Of a stretch of 64,000 bases of DNA, positions 1-11,469 are shown piece by piece. Below the pieces are notes generated by a model, which searched no databases, was not told the origin of the DNA, and was given only the letters and a program-made list of their open reading frames with translations. Source of the DNA: Rebecca billardiae RCC1528 (taxonomy: Eukaryota; Protista; Haptophyta); NCBI GenBank assembly GCA_965240325.2, contig OZ251225.1:4030001-4094000 (forward strand), given 5' to 3'. Both the position numbers and the translations under genes were made by a program. The number at the start of each line of letters is the position of its first letter. Position 1 is the stretch's first letter.

Positions 1-141
1 TTCTCCCCGTTGCACGAGACTGTGCTGCTCCATTGGCAACATGACTGGGTTGTCATTCGTGAGCGTCAGTCAGGGACGTGACATGTGATGACCATGGCCT
101 TAGGCCACTGAGGACGCAAGATCAAATCAGCCACAGGAGTT

Positions 142-985
142 GTGACCTCGAGCGCGAGCGCGCGCGCTCGGCACGCCCCCCGCGCGTGTACCGCATGCCC
201 GAGCCCGCCCTTCAGATGCGCACGGCGCGCGCGCCGACTCGGCGCTTCTCGCTGGCTCTAGCCGCAGCCGCACATCTCCGTAGCCGTTGGTCGTGACACA
301 CCCAGCTCAGCTTGGTCAGATTCGAGCTCGAGCTCTCGCGCGCGCGACAGTAGAGGCGGGCCGCCGGTGCCATGTGTACGCTCATCGGGGCCGTACCTGG
401 CGCTGCGCGCCGCGCCGGCGCGCGCGCGTGTGCGCACGCGCCGCAGCAGCCGTGTCGTTGCTTGAGCCGTGAGGCGCCGGCTGATCGGCAGGTCGTGAGG
501 TCGTGAGATCTGAGCTGAGCCGAAACTCCGGCCGTGGCGGCGGCGCAGGATGAGCGCCGAGCGCGCGCGCGCACCCTCGCGCTCGGCACGCCCCCCGCGC
601 GTGTACCGCGTGCCCGAGCCCGCCCTTCAGATGCGCATGGCGCGCGCGCCGACTCGGCGCTTCTCGCTGGCTCTACCCGCAGCTCTCCGTAGCCGTTGGC
701 CGTGACACACCCAGCTCAGCTTGGTCAGATTCGAGCTCGAGCTCTCGCGCGCACGACGGTAGAGGCGGGCCGCCGGTGCCATGTGTACGCTCACCGGGGC
801 CGTACCTGGCGATGCGCGCCGCGCCGGCGCGCCAGCTTGCGCGCACGCGCCGCAGCAGCCGTGTTGTTGCCTGAGCCGTGAGGCGCCGGCTGATCGGCAG
901 GTCGTGAGGTCGTGTGAGCTGAGCTGAGCCAAAACTCTGGCCATGGTGGTGGCGCGCGGGCAGCTGTGACCTCAAGTGCGGGCGT
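142..985. repeat. Tandem direct repeat, ~415-bp unit, two copies plus the start of a third
   Basis: gcgctcggcacgccccccgcgcgtgtaccgc...gagctgagcc occurs at ~163-545 and ~579-960 with few differences. gtgacctc(g/a)ag(c/t)gcg recurs at 142 and 966. Confidence 0.85.
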
Positions 986-1302
986 GCACGCGCGTCGCAC
1001 AGCCCTGCATCGACGTTACCGGCATCTGGCTCGGTGAAGTCCGTCCCAAACATATGAGCCCCAGCACCATCTCAATGGCTTGGCCGAGCCCGTCGTTCAC
1101 GGAGAGGTCGTGGCGATCATAGGTCGCTGCCATCGCAGTCTTCGATACGCGCTGACCCTTCCTGTATGCCACGGCTAAGCTCAAGTTGGCCATGATCGTC
1201 GGCGCCGCTGCTCGCTGTGCGCATGGTCGCACCGTGGGGCTCTCGGCCGCCGGCGGCGGTCGCCCTGCAGCCATGCACAAGCTGCTTGCCGATTGGTCGG
1301 TT

Positions 1303-2412
1303 CAAGGGTGTCCAGGGTCCGCAACAGCCAGTGCGCAGCGCGGCAGAGGCTGTGACAGAGGCAGGTCGCCGCTCGCCAGTGGCACTCGCCCGCCCGCCGC
1401 CCTGCACGGCGGCGGGGCCGCTCGCGCCGTGCGCTCCTGCGGCCGTCGGATCGGGCTGCGTAGGCGGCGCGCGGCTTGGGCCGTCGGAGAGCCACCCAGC
1501 GCCCCTCTCTGCGCCGCGCGCCTTCCTCGTCCTCGCCTCCTCCGCGCCTTGGAGCAGCACGCACACGCGCGGCGTCGCACAAAGGCAGCCCAGGCGCTCG
1601 CGTGCAAGCGTGCGCGCGCGCAGCGCGACGGGCTCGACTCGGGGCTCGCGCCGCTGCGGGGGCATGCAGCACCATCACATGCGCGCGCGACGCCACCTCG
1701 AGCCTGCGCGTTTGACCGTCAGTGCACGCTGATGCACGTTACAAAATGGTCTGACTTGGCATCATCACACGTGCGACGGAAGCTTCCACAACGGGCCTTG
1801 AGTGCGTCGACGCGATCGATGCGGAGATGGTCATGCTTGCGTGCGCTTCTCTTGTGGTCTCCACGCTTGCTGAGAAGCGCCGCGTACGTAGCTGTCATCG
1901 TGTCTTGCCTAAGAAGTCGTCCTGACGCATGGCAGGTTCTGGTCAGATTGGGCCTACTTCAACACGAGGACGTGTGAGCATTTGGCACGTGACGGTCACA
2001 GCGATGCGCAGGCTCGAGGTGGCGTCGCGCGCGCATGTGATGGTGCTGCATGCCCCCGCAGCGGCGCGAGCCCCGAGTCGAGCCCGTCGCGCTGCGTGCG
2101 CGCACGCTTGCACACGAGCGCCTGGGCTGCCTTTGTGCGGCGCCGCGCGTGTGCGTGCTGCTCCAAGGCGCGGAGGAGGCGAGGACGAGGAAGGCGCGCG
2201 GCGCAGAGAGGGGCGCTGGGTGGCTCAGCGACGGCCCAAGCCGCGCGCCGCCTACGCACCCCGACCCGACGGCCGCAGGAGCGCACGGCGCGAGCGGCCC
2301 CGCCGCCGTGCAGGGCGGCGGGCGGGCGAGTGCCACTGGCGAGCGGCGACCTGCCTCTGTCACAGCCTCTGCCGCGCTGCGCACTGGCTGTTGCGGACCC
2401 TGGACACCCTTG
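1303..2412. mobile_element. Non-autonomous foldback DNA transposon (P/Galileo-like) with ~407-bp TIRs and a 7-bp TSD
   Basis: 1303-~1709 is the near-perfect reverse complement of ~2005-2412. Ends are CAAGGGTGTCCA...TGGACACCCTTG. GTCGGTT lies directly at 1296-1302 and 2413-2419. No transposase ORF. Confidence 0.85.
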
Positions 2413-2834
2413 GTCGGTTACAAGAATCTACTTTTGAATCGCAGCCATCATCCGTCCAAGAGCTCCGGCGACGGCCGCGTGCGGCGCGGTGGCGGCCGCC
2501 TGGGCGACACAGCGCGCGCAGCACCCGGCGTTAGAGCGCAATCGACGCATACAACCTCGAAGAGGCAGCGCTAGTGGGTCGTACTATCGTGGTTTGCAGC
2601 CCTTCTCTCCATGCTCTGCGCATTGCCACCGCCGCGCGCCGCAACGCTTAAGCATCAGCGAGCTCTCGCAAATCACTACGCGCATGGTCTCCTCCTCGCC
2701 CACCAGGGCCGAATGATCGGAGGTCGCGCTGTGGTGGAATATCAACCTAAATATTGTCGTGCGCGTGGTGCAGCCCAGGCGCCTCAGCGCACCCCTGGCA
2801 CCAGCGCACCATTTACCTCTCTTTTATTACCACT

Positions 2835-3646
2835 TAGTACCCCTCAGGTTTAAGCGTTCGCTTCGCTGGCTACGTGATTGCACGCCCGCTCACGCCGTGA
2901 CGAGCGCACCATGGCGGCTCTCTCGCTCGTGGCGCACGGTCGGGGAGCACCCGCGTCTGCGCAGACACACGGCTCGCCCGCAAGTGTGCTGTGTCGCGCA
3001 CGCGCGCGCTCGCGCGGCCGGCCATCGCGCACAGACCTGACTGGTCTCACATGCACCAGCATGGTCGTGCACGCACAGCGCCGCTCCGCGCACGCAATAA
3101 ATTCGAGCGTGGTGCGCATGCACGTACACTCTGTGTCCCTGGTCCACACACAGCGTGTGAGCTCGTGCTTTGACCACGTGCAGGCGCACCACAGACTTTT
3201 GCGCAGCTGCCGCGCCGGGCCGTGCCAGCGGCTCGACAGGCTCAGCTCGTGGGAAGCGCTCGCTCGATTGCATGCTCCTGCCGCGCAGGGTGCCCAGCTT
3301 GCTGCGCTCGGTGTGTACTGGCGCGCTCGGACGGCACCCCGCGTACGCCTCGGGCCACGCGTGGGAGCCTAGCTCCACGCACGGAGGACTCGCAGGCGCA
3401 GGCCGGCGGCTGCCTCACACGGCTTGGTCGGGAGGCCGCCGCGCGGCTACCGTCGAGCTCGCCGATCGGCTGCACCTACTTTCAGCGCACGCTACCGCCG
3501 CCTCGCGCACGACACGGCAAGGTTGAACACGTGACTGTGGGCGGGCATCAGCCCCAAGTACGCAGCCATCAGCACCACGGCCTTCACCTTCAGCGCCGAC
3601 GATAGAGCCGCCGCTTGATTTTATCGCTTAAACTTGAGGGCCACTA
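2835..3646. mobile_element. Non-autonomous TIR element (hAT-like MITE), ~810 bp
   Basis: 22-bp TIR: tagtacccctcaggtttaagcg (2835-2856) vs cgcttaaacttgagggccacta (3625-3646), 19/22 match. The right TIR starts TAGTG (hAT YARNG consensus). Flanks taccact / taccacgt form an imperfect TSD. Confidence 0.65.
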
Positions 3647-3712
3647 TACCACGTCGGTAAAATACCGCGGGGGGAAAAGCTTTTCCCGCCGCCGCCGGGA
3701 CGCCAGGCGGCG

Positions 3713-5077
3713 ATGCGGTCGTCGGCGCTGGTGCTGCTCGCGGTGCTCGCGTGCACGCCCAACGGGTGTGCTGCTGGCGAAGCCGAGGAGTGCGAACGGC
3801 TTCGCGCAGTGCTCGCGCGAGGGCAGAAGCTCGTGATGACGCGCCGCGGTAGTGCGTGCCGGGACCCTCGGAGCACCACGAGCGCGGCGCTCATGGCGCG
3901 GTGCGCGTCCGAGTCGTCGGCAGTGATCCCGGAGGGCCCGCGCGGTGGCTCGCCGTGCATGCAGACGCGCGTGCCGACGTGTGATCTGGAGCGGAATGCC
4001 ATCACGTGCCGATCGCTCGAGTCGCTGCTGCGCCCACACCGAGCGTCGCGGCCCGCGTGCGACCCGAGTGCGCCGGACGCATGCTCTGGCCCGAAGCACG
4101 GGGTGTGCACGCCGGAGGGTCGCTGCGAGTGCGCGCTTCAGCAAGGCGAGCACGCGCCGACGCGCTACGGCGGTGCGGACTGCAGCGTGGACAACGAGCG
4201 CGCGCTGCGCACGCCGAGCAGCACGCGTGCAGACGCGCTGTACGACGTGCGCAAGTACGCGGGGTACTACGCGGACCTGGTGGCGCACGCGCGCAGCAGC
4301 GGGCTGTCTGCGAGTCACGCGTACGGCGGGAGCAACACGTTCTGGACGGGGAGCGGCCCGGGCACCACGCTGCTGGCCACCTTTGGCATCCGCACGGCGC
4401 TGCCCGCCATCGTCGAGGGCCTCGGCATCCGCTCCATCGTGGACGTGCCGTGCGGCGACTTCTCGTACATGCGCAGCCTGCTGCACCGCAGCAGCGGCAC
4501 GCCCGGCGCGGCGAACATGCGCCGGATGGGCGTGCGGTACACGGGGCTGGAAATCGTGCCCGAGCTGGTGCAGGCGCTCGACAGCGTCTTTGGCGAGCCG
4601 GGCCGCATCTCGTTCATGCCGTTCGACGTGGCGAAGCAGGTGCTCTGGCCGGCGGACCTGCTGGTGGTGCGCGACCTGCTCTTCCACTTCTCACCAACGC
4701 GCGTGGCCGAGGTGCTGCGCGCGGTGAACGCGTCGGGCGCCAAGTACTTCCTGTCCACGTTCTTCCCGTACGGCAAGAACAAGAAGTCCGCCAGGCACTT
4801 CGTCCCGGGGCGGGGCTTTGCCTCGTTCTGGCCCGTGAACCTGCTCGACCAGCCGTACGCCTTGCGCCCGCCCATCCTCGCGATCGGCTACGACGGCGGC
4901 CTCTTCAACGAGACGCTGCCGCCCGAGATGCGGCTCGACGTGCAGCAGCCGGGCCCCGCGCCGGATGACCCAGACCCGGACGCAAATCGTTGGCGGTGGC
5001 GGCTGCTCGACCACAGCGCGGCGCGATCGAGCGAGCACTTCATGAGGGTGCTCGGCTTGTGGAAGCTGCCCCTGTGA
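3713..5077 (+). CDS. Secretory-pathway protein with an EGF-like domain and a class I SAM-dependent methyltransferase domain
   Basis: 454-aa ORF with host codon bias. Hydrophobic signal (MRSSALVLLAVLAC), EGF-like CSGPKHGVCTPEGRCEC...YGGADCS, and motifs SGPG, IVDVPCGDF, YTGLEIV, DLLVVRDLLFHF. Confidence 0.75.
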   Translation: MRSSALVLLAVLACTPNGCAAGEAEECERLRAVLARGQKLVMTRRGSACRDPRSTTSAALMARCASESSAVIPEGPRGGSPCMQTRVPTCDLERNAITCRSLESLLRPHRASRPACDPSAPDACSGPKHGVCTPEGRCECALQQGEHAPTRYGGADCSVDNERALRTPSSTRADALYDVRKYAGYYADLVAHARSSGLSASHAYGGSNTFWTGSGPGTTLLATFGIRTALPAIVEGLGIRSIVDVPCGDFSYMRSLLHRSSGTPGAANMRRMGVRYTGLEIVPELVQALDSVFGEPGRISFMPFDVAKQVLWPADLLVVRDLLFHFSPTRVAEVLRAVNASGAKYFLSTFFPYGKNKKSARHFVPGRGFASFWPVNLLDQPYALRPPILAIGYDGGLFNETLPPEMRLDVQQPGPAPDDPDPDANRWRWRLLDHSAARSSEHFMRVLGLWKLPL

Positions 5078-5927
5078 TGCCGACGAGCACGCGGAGGCAC
5101 CGCCGCGCCGTTCGTCAGTCTCAGCCTCAGAGACGCCAGAGACGACGGCGCGGCTGGCGAGTGACGACCGAGTCGTCTGGGAGTTGGACCCGTCTGGCTA
5201 TACTCGAGTCGTCTCCGGCCCGGTACGGGCGCGGACGAGTCGGGCCGGGCGCGCGCGGGCCTCATCGCCGAGCGCCGCAGACTGCCGTCATCCGGGACGA
5301 GTCCGCTGTCGTCCGGACGATCATCCCGCCTACTGCCACTATGAGACGTATATGAGACTGAGACAGTGAGACTGAGTACCGTGCTTGGAGTTGGGATCGG
5401 CCATAATCCGCCCGCGGAGCTAGTCTGGTCAGTCTGCTGTCTGGTCTCTGGACTCTGGACGTCCGGACAGACCGGAGGCGGAGGGCGAGGCGACGCTGTC
5501 ATCGTCACTGTAGTCTCAGCATCATATATCATCCGCCGTGCTAAACTGTCACTACTCACTACTAAGTACTGACGATGCTGCTGATGATGACGATACGAAA
5601 CCCATCGTCGCATCGCGTCGTCATCATCATCGGCGCTCACTACTCACTAGCTCTAGTCCGGCGCCTGCGCGGCACGGCCAGCAGCGGCACGGGGCGCACA
5701 GCCGGCAGCTGCCAGCCGGCGTGCGCGGCCGGGCGCGCGCGCAGTCCGACCTCTCGTCGTCGCCAGCAGCGTTCATACTGTACGTGCGCATGTGGCATCA
5801 TGCGCGGCACAGCATCCACCAGGGCGTGCGCGGGCTGAGTGCCAGCCGGCCGCCCGCCGCGCTGGCCGCCCGGCACGCTGCACTCCGCCGGCCTGATGCG
5901 CGCGGCCGCCGGCGCGCGTGCCCGCGC

Positions 5928-7165
5928 TCATGCCTGCTTCTTCTGCTTGGAGAACTTCTTGAAGTCGCCCGTGGTGTGCGCGAACCACGAGGTGAGCTCG
6001 GTGAAGAAGCACGGGTCGAGCAGCTTGAGCAGCAGCCTGAATATGATCGTGATCGCGCCCTGAGAGCCGCGGGCGCGGCACGCGCGGCAGCGCCAGCCGG
6101 GGATCGCGCAAGTGGGCGCGCGCGAGGCGCGGCGCGCGCGCCCACCGCGCGCGCGGGCGCACCTGGTCGCGCACGACGAAGCGCCCCGCGGAGGAGAAGA
6201 GCACGTCCGCGATCACGTCCGGCCCCTGCGCGATCTTCTTGAAGGCCATCAGCATGTCCAGCCCCTCGCCCGCGGCGAAGAAGTTGGTCGCCATCGGCGA
6301 CGGGTGCACCACCACCACGTCGATGCCGAGCGAGCGCACCTCCGCGGCGATGCTCGAGGCGAAGAGCGTGAGGAACGCCTTGGTGCTCGCGTACAGCGAG
6401 GAGAACGGGTTGGGGAAGAGGCACGCGCTCGAGGACGTGTACGCCAGCAGCCCCTTGCGGCCGGACGACAGCATCCGGTTGAGGAAGTGGTGCGAGATCG
6501 GGATGGCGCACGTCGCGTTGCAGTGGTAGTTGGCGAGCCACTTGCCCAGCGGCACGTCCTGGAAGAAGCCCACGCAGATGAAGCCTGCGCGGCGGCACCC
6601 GGCCACAGCGCCGGCCGCGCGCTGAGGCGTGCGCGCGCTCGCGCGCATGCGCGGCGCGGCGGCGCGCGGCGCGCGGCGCGCGCGCACCGGCGTTGTTGAA
6701 GAGGAGCGAGATGTGGATGTCGCTCGTCGCCTCGATGATCGGCTTCATGTACACGCTCTCGTCCCGCTCGGCGAGCGAGACGCCCACCTTGCGGAACTGC
6801 AGGTGCGGGTGCTGCGCGACGAGCTGCGCGTGGAACTCGTCGAGCAGCTTGTCCTGCAGCGCGACGATGACGACGTTGACGCCCTGCCGGACGAGCTTCT
6901 CGACGATCGCGCGGCCGATCCCCGAGCTCCCGCCCGTCACGAGCGCCCACTGCGCGTCGTACCGCTTGGCGAGGTTGTCGGACATGCACGTGTCGACGAT
7001 CAGGTTCTGCACGAGCAGGATGCCGACGTACGTGAGGAGCGAGAGGAAGCCGACGACGGTGAACGGCGCGAGCAGCGGGTACGCGACGAAGCACGCCCAC
7101 GTCGCACCCCACATCTGGCCCGGCAGCGCGAGCAGCGACGTGACGAGCGCCTGGCCGAGCAGCAT
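5928..7165 (-). CDS. Short-chain dehydrogenase/reductase (17-beta-HSD12/VLCFA 3-ketoacyl-CoA reductase-like), 3 exons
   Basis: Exons 7165-6688, 6584-6163 and 6059-5928 joined by GT-AG introns. Motifs TGGSSGIG, NNAG (spliced) and YASTK, plus N-terminal TM segments. Start could instead be the upstream ATG at 7264. Confidence 0.85.
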
Positions 7166-7396
7166 CGCGACCCCACCGTCGACACGCAGGCCGATGCACC
7201 CGCGAGCGATGACCGTGAGAAGCGCCTTGGATGAATCTGCTGCGTGCGGAAATGAGGCCGCCATCGTGCGCGAGCTTCACCGTTGGCTGCGGCGCGCATT
7301 GACCAGCAGCAACGGAGGGCAAGCGCGGCGCCCAGTTCGAAGTGGGCCCGGCCGCGCGCGCGTGGCGTCGCTGCCCGGAGGCAGGCCGCCCGCGCG

Positions 7397-10300
7397 ATGG
7401 CCGAGGCGGAGACGCGGCGCGAGCTGATGCACGCGCTCCAGTCGCACGGCGTGCTCGACTCGATGAAGGTGCGCGCGCCGCGCGCGCCCGGCCTCGCGCG
7501 CGCGCGCGCGCGCGCTCGCCGCGCCGCGCGGAGCAGCGCGCCGCTGAGCGGGCCGGCGCGCGCGCGCGCCGCCCGACCCCGGCCGGCGCGGGCGCTGTGC
7601 AGGCGCAGCTGCGCGGGCAGCTGATCGAGCACATCCGCGGCACGATGCGCGGCCGCGCCTCGCCCGCGCGCTCGGCGGCCTCCCTCTCGCTGCGCGAGCG
7701 CGCGCTGCTCTCGCTGATCGCCGACTGCCTCGAGGGCCACTTCCGCTGCGAGCACGCGGTCGCGGTGCTGCTGCCGGAGAGCGGGATGGGCGCGGGCGTG
7801 GGCGCGCGGCTGGAGCCCGCCGAGGCGCTCGAGGTGCTCGGCCTGCGCGCCGCCGCGCGCCGCCTCGCGCCGGCCGCGCGCGGCGCGGCGCTCGGCGCGG
7901 CGCTCGGCGCGATCGCCGACGGCCTCGACGCGCCGAGCCGGCCCGGCGGCGGCGGCGGCGAGGCGGGCGGCGTGCTCGGCCCGTCCGCCGCCACCGCCAC
8001 CGCCGCGCTCGAGGCCAAGCTGCGCGCGCTCGACGCGCGCGCCGGCGCGCTGGGCGCGGAGGACGTGCGGCCCGCGGGCGGCGGCACGCGCCAGCCGCTC
8101 GCGTCGGTCGAGCAGCGCATGCTCGCGTTCGAGCGCGGCGCGGAGGCGCGGTACGCGGAGCGGCTGGCGGCGGAGCTCGAGCGCGTGCGCGCCGTCGAGA
8201 TCCCCGCCGCGCGGCGCGAGGCCGCGTCCGACGCCGAGGCGCGCGCGCGCGCGGCGGCGGACGCGGCGGACGTGGCGCGCGCGGCGCGCGCGCGCGACGC
8301 CGCGTCCGCGCTCGCGCGGCGCGCGGAGCAGCTCGACGCGCGCGAGGCGGAGCTCGAGGCGGTGGCGTCGGCGCACCGGCAGCGCATGCTCGCCGAGATC
8401 GACGCGCTCGCGCAGCGCGACGACGACGCGCGCGCGGCCGACGCGCAGCGGCGCGAGGCGGCGGAGGCGGCGCTCGGCGCCGCCGCCTCGACGCGCGCGG
8501 CCGCGGCGGAGCAGCAGGCGAACACGCAGGCGGCGCTCGCGGCGATCGAGGCGCGCGCGGCGGAGGCGGTGGCGGCGGAGAAGCGCGCGCTGCGCCTCGA
8601 GTTCGCCCGCCGCGACGCCGAGCTCACCGCCGCGCGCGCCGCCGTCGAGGCCGAGGGCGCGCAGCTGCGCGACGCGCGCGCCGCGTTTGCGGACGACGTC
8701 GCGACCGCGCGGCTCGCGCGCGCGCAGCTCGCCGACGCGGCGGAGGAGGAGGCGCGGCGGCAGCGGCTGGCGGCGGAGGACGCGGCGCGCGCGCGCGCGC
8801 TCGCCGCCGACGCGGCGGCCAAGGCCGACGAGGCCGCCGCGATGCGCGCGCGCGCGCGCGCCGCCGAGGCGGAGGCGGGCGCGGCGCGCGCGCGGCTGGG
8901 CGGCGCGCAGGACGCGCTCGCCGCCGAGCGCGCCGCCGCCGCCGCCGCCGCCGCCGAGCACGGCGCGGCGCGCGACGCGCTCGGGCGCGAGCTGGCGCGC
9001 GCGCGCGAGGAGGCGGCCGAGACGCGCGCGCGCGCGGAGGGCGCCCTCGCCGCCGCGCGCGCCGAGGCCGCGGGCGCGGAGCGCGCGCTCGCGCTCGCCG
9101 CGGCCGCGGGCGAGCACGGCGCCGCACGCGCGCGCGCCGCACCCGACGCTTCGGCCGCCGCCGCCGCCGCGGAGCCGCCGCCGCCCGCCGCCGCGCACGC
9201 GGAGCAGGCGGAGCCGCGCCGCTCGCTCAGCGCGCCGCCCGCGCGCCCGGGTGCGCGCGAGCCCGGCGACGAGTGGACGGTGCGGTCGGCGCGCGCGCCC
9301 CCCGCGGCCGCGCGCGAGGCGCGCGCGGCCGCGGAGGCGTGGCGCGCGGCCGACAGCTGCGCGGGCGGGCAGAGGCTGGCTGAGCTCGAGCGCGAGCGCG
9401 TCGCCCTCGCCGAGCGCTGCCGGGCCTTCCTCTCCTCCGGCAGAGCAGGGCACGCTCCGCGCGCGCCCATCTCGCACTCCGCCGAGCCGCAGCCGCAGCC
9501 GCAGCCGCAGCCGCAGCCGCAGCCGCAGCCGCAGCCGCAGCCGCAGCCGCAGCCGCAGCCGCAGCCGCAGCCGCAGCCGCAGCCATCGACGGTCGGTGGC
9601 GGGCCGGGCGCGCGGCTGCCTCTGCCCGCGCGGCAGGGCGCGCTGCTGGGCGCGCTGGACGAGCGGCAGCTGCGGCTGCTCGCGCTCAGCACGCGCGAGC
9701 AGACGCGGCCGCCCGCGCGGCACCCGGACGGCGGCCACGGGCGGGACGGCGGCGCGCCCGACGGCGGCGCGCTCGACGACGGCGCGCCCGCGCTGCTGCT
9801 GCGCTCGGCGCGCGACGCGACCGCGCCGCCGCGCGCCGGCGCGGAGGGCGCGCCGCCGCCTGTGCTCACGCGCGCGCCAGACGCCACTGCGCCGCGGGGC
9901 GCGCCCCACCCACGAGCGCTCGGCGCGGACGGCGCCGCGGGGGCGGCGGAGGTGGAGGAGGAGGCGGCGCGCGCGCGCGCCGCCGAGCGCGCGGCGCGCA
10001 CGGCGGCGGCGGCGGCGGCGGAGGCGGCGGACGCGGAGCGGCGGCGCGCGGCCGAGGCGGCTGCGGCCGAGGCGGCGCGTGCGCGCGAGGCGGAGGCGGA
10101 GGCGCGGCGCGAGGCGGCCGCAGAGGCGGAGCGGAGACGGCTCGAAGCGAGCGCGGAGCACGCGCGCGCGCAGGGGGCGGCGCGCGAGGCGGCGGCGCGC
10201 GAGGCGGAGCGCGAGGCGACGCTGCGCGCGGCCGCCGAGGCGGAGGCGGCGGAGGCGGCGCGGCAGCAGCAGCAGCTCGAGGAGGTGAGCGCACTGAGCG

Positions 10301-10773
10301 CACGGAGCGCACGCGAGCGCGCACCAGCGCGCGCGCGCACCGCGCCGACCGCGCGTGCCCGCGCTCACGCGCCGCGCCGCGCGCGCGCGCGCGCAGCTCG
10401 TGGCCGCGCAGCGAGCGGCGGCGGACGCGCGCCGGCTGGCTGCGCGCGCGGAGGCGGAGGCGGAGGCGCGTGCGCGCGCGCAGCGGCTGGAGGACGCGCG
10501 CGCCGCTCGGCAGCGCGAGGTGCGCGCGCGCCCGCCCGCGCGCCTGCGCCGCCGCCGCCGCCGTGCGCGCCAACGACGCTCAGCCGCGCGCGCCCCGCGC
10601 GCCCACGCGCGCTCCGCGTGCGCGCGCAGCTCGAGGAGCGCCGCGCCGCCGAGCCGGCCGCGCCGCCGCCGCCGCCGCCGCGCACGAGCGTGGTGCACGC
10701 GGCCGCCTCCGACTCGGACGCCGGGCTGTCGCTCTCGGCGGGCGAGAGCGAGCAGTCGTCCGGCGGCTGGTAG
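7397..10773 (+). CDS. OFD1: OFD1-like centriolar/ciliary LisH coiled-coil protein (spliced)
   Basis: MAEAETRRELMHALQSHGVLDSMK|AQLRGQLIEHI...LLSLIADCL...AVAVLLPESG resembles the OFD1 N-terminus/LisH. Long Ala/Glu/Arg coiled coil follows. Introns lie after 7468 and in the 10285-10630 region. Confidence 0.65.
9486..9584 (+). repeat. (CAGCCG)n microsatellite encoding a Gln-Pro tract
   Basis: About 16 perfect hexamer units, in frame in the OFD1-like gene. Confidence 0.95.
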
Positions 10774-11469
10774 CCGGGCGCCACCAGCCGCGCCGGCACC
10801 GCGGCCCAGTGCTGCGTCTCGGTCGAGGCTGCGGCCGTGACGAGGCTGATGATCACGCGGGCAGCTGGCGGCCGGCGGCGCACCGCGTCGTCATCCGCCT
10901 ACGACTGACGACAATATGGCGGCGGGCGCGGTGACGTGACGCGTCGTCTGCATGAGGTGAGTTGATCGAGCAGGTCGATCGTCGTCTGCTGCTGCTGCTG
11001 CGCTGATACAGATAGATGCGCGCGCGCTAATTTAACTATATATATATATTATAATTATAAATTATATTATTATTATATAATATACTCATCGGCATCATCG
11101 TATAGCAGTAGCAGCAGCAGCAGTCGTCGTCAGTATAGTCATCTGTATACAGCTGCCACTAGTGGCAGTCAGCCCACTGTGACTGGCAGTGAGGCAGTCA
11201 GTGAGTGAGTGACGACGACGAGTGGCGGCGGCATGCTGTGCTGCACAGATGATCGCGACGCGCGATGATGATGCCGCGCGCAGTGTGCGCCGCGCCCGCC
11301 GAGTGGCGGTCGTGACGAAATCGTCCCGCCGTGGCGCCCAGCAGAAGCGGCCACGCAGGAGCCCAGCAGAAACGCCCGAGTGAGAAACGGCGCGCTCGCG
11401 CACATCGACCTCAGGGCGGGCACCTCAACGCGCGGAGCCGGACGACGGCCCGCCGTGCGCGTGTGCGCG

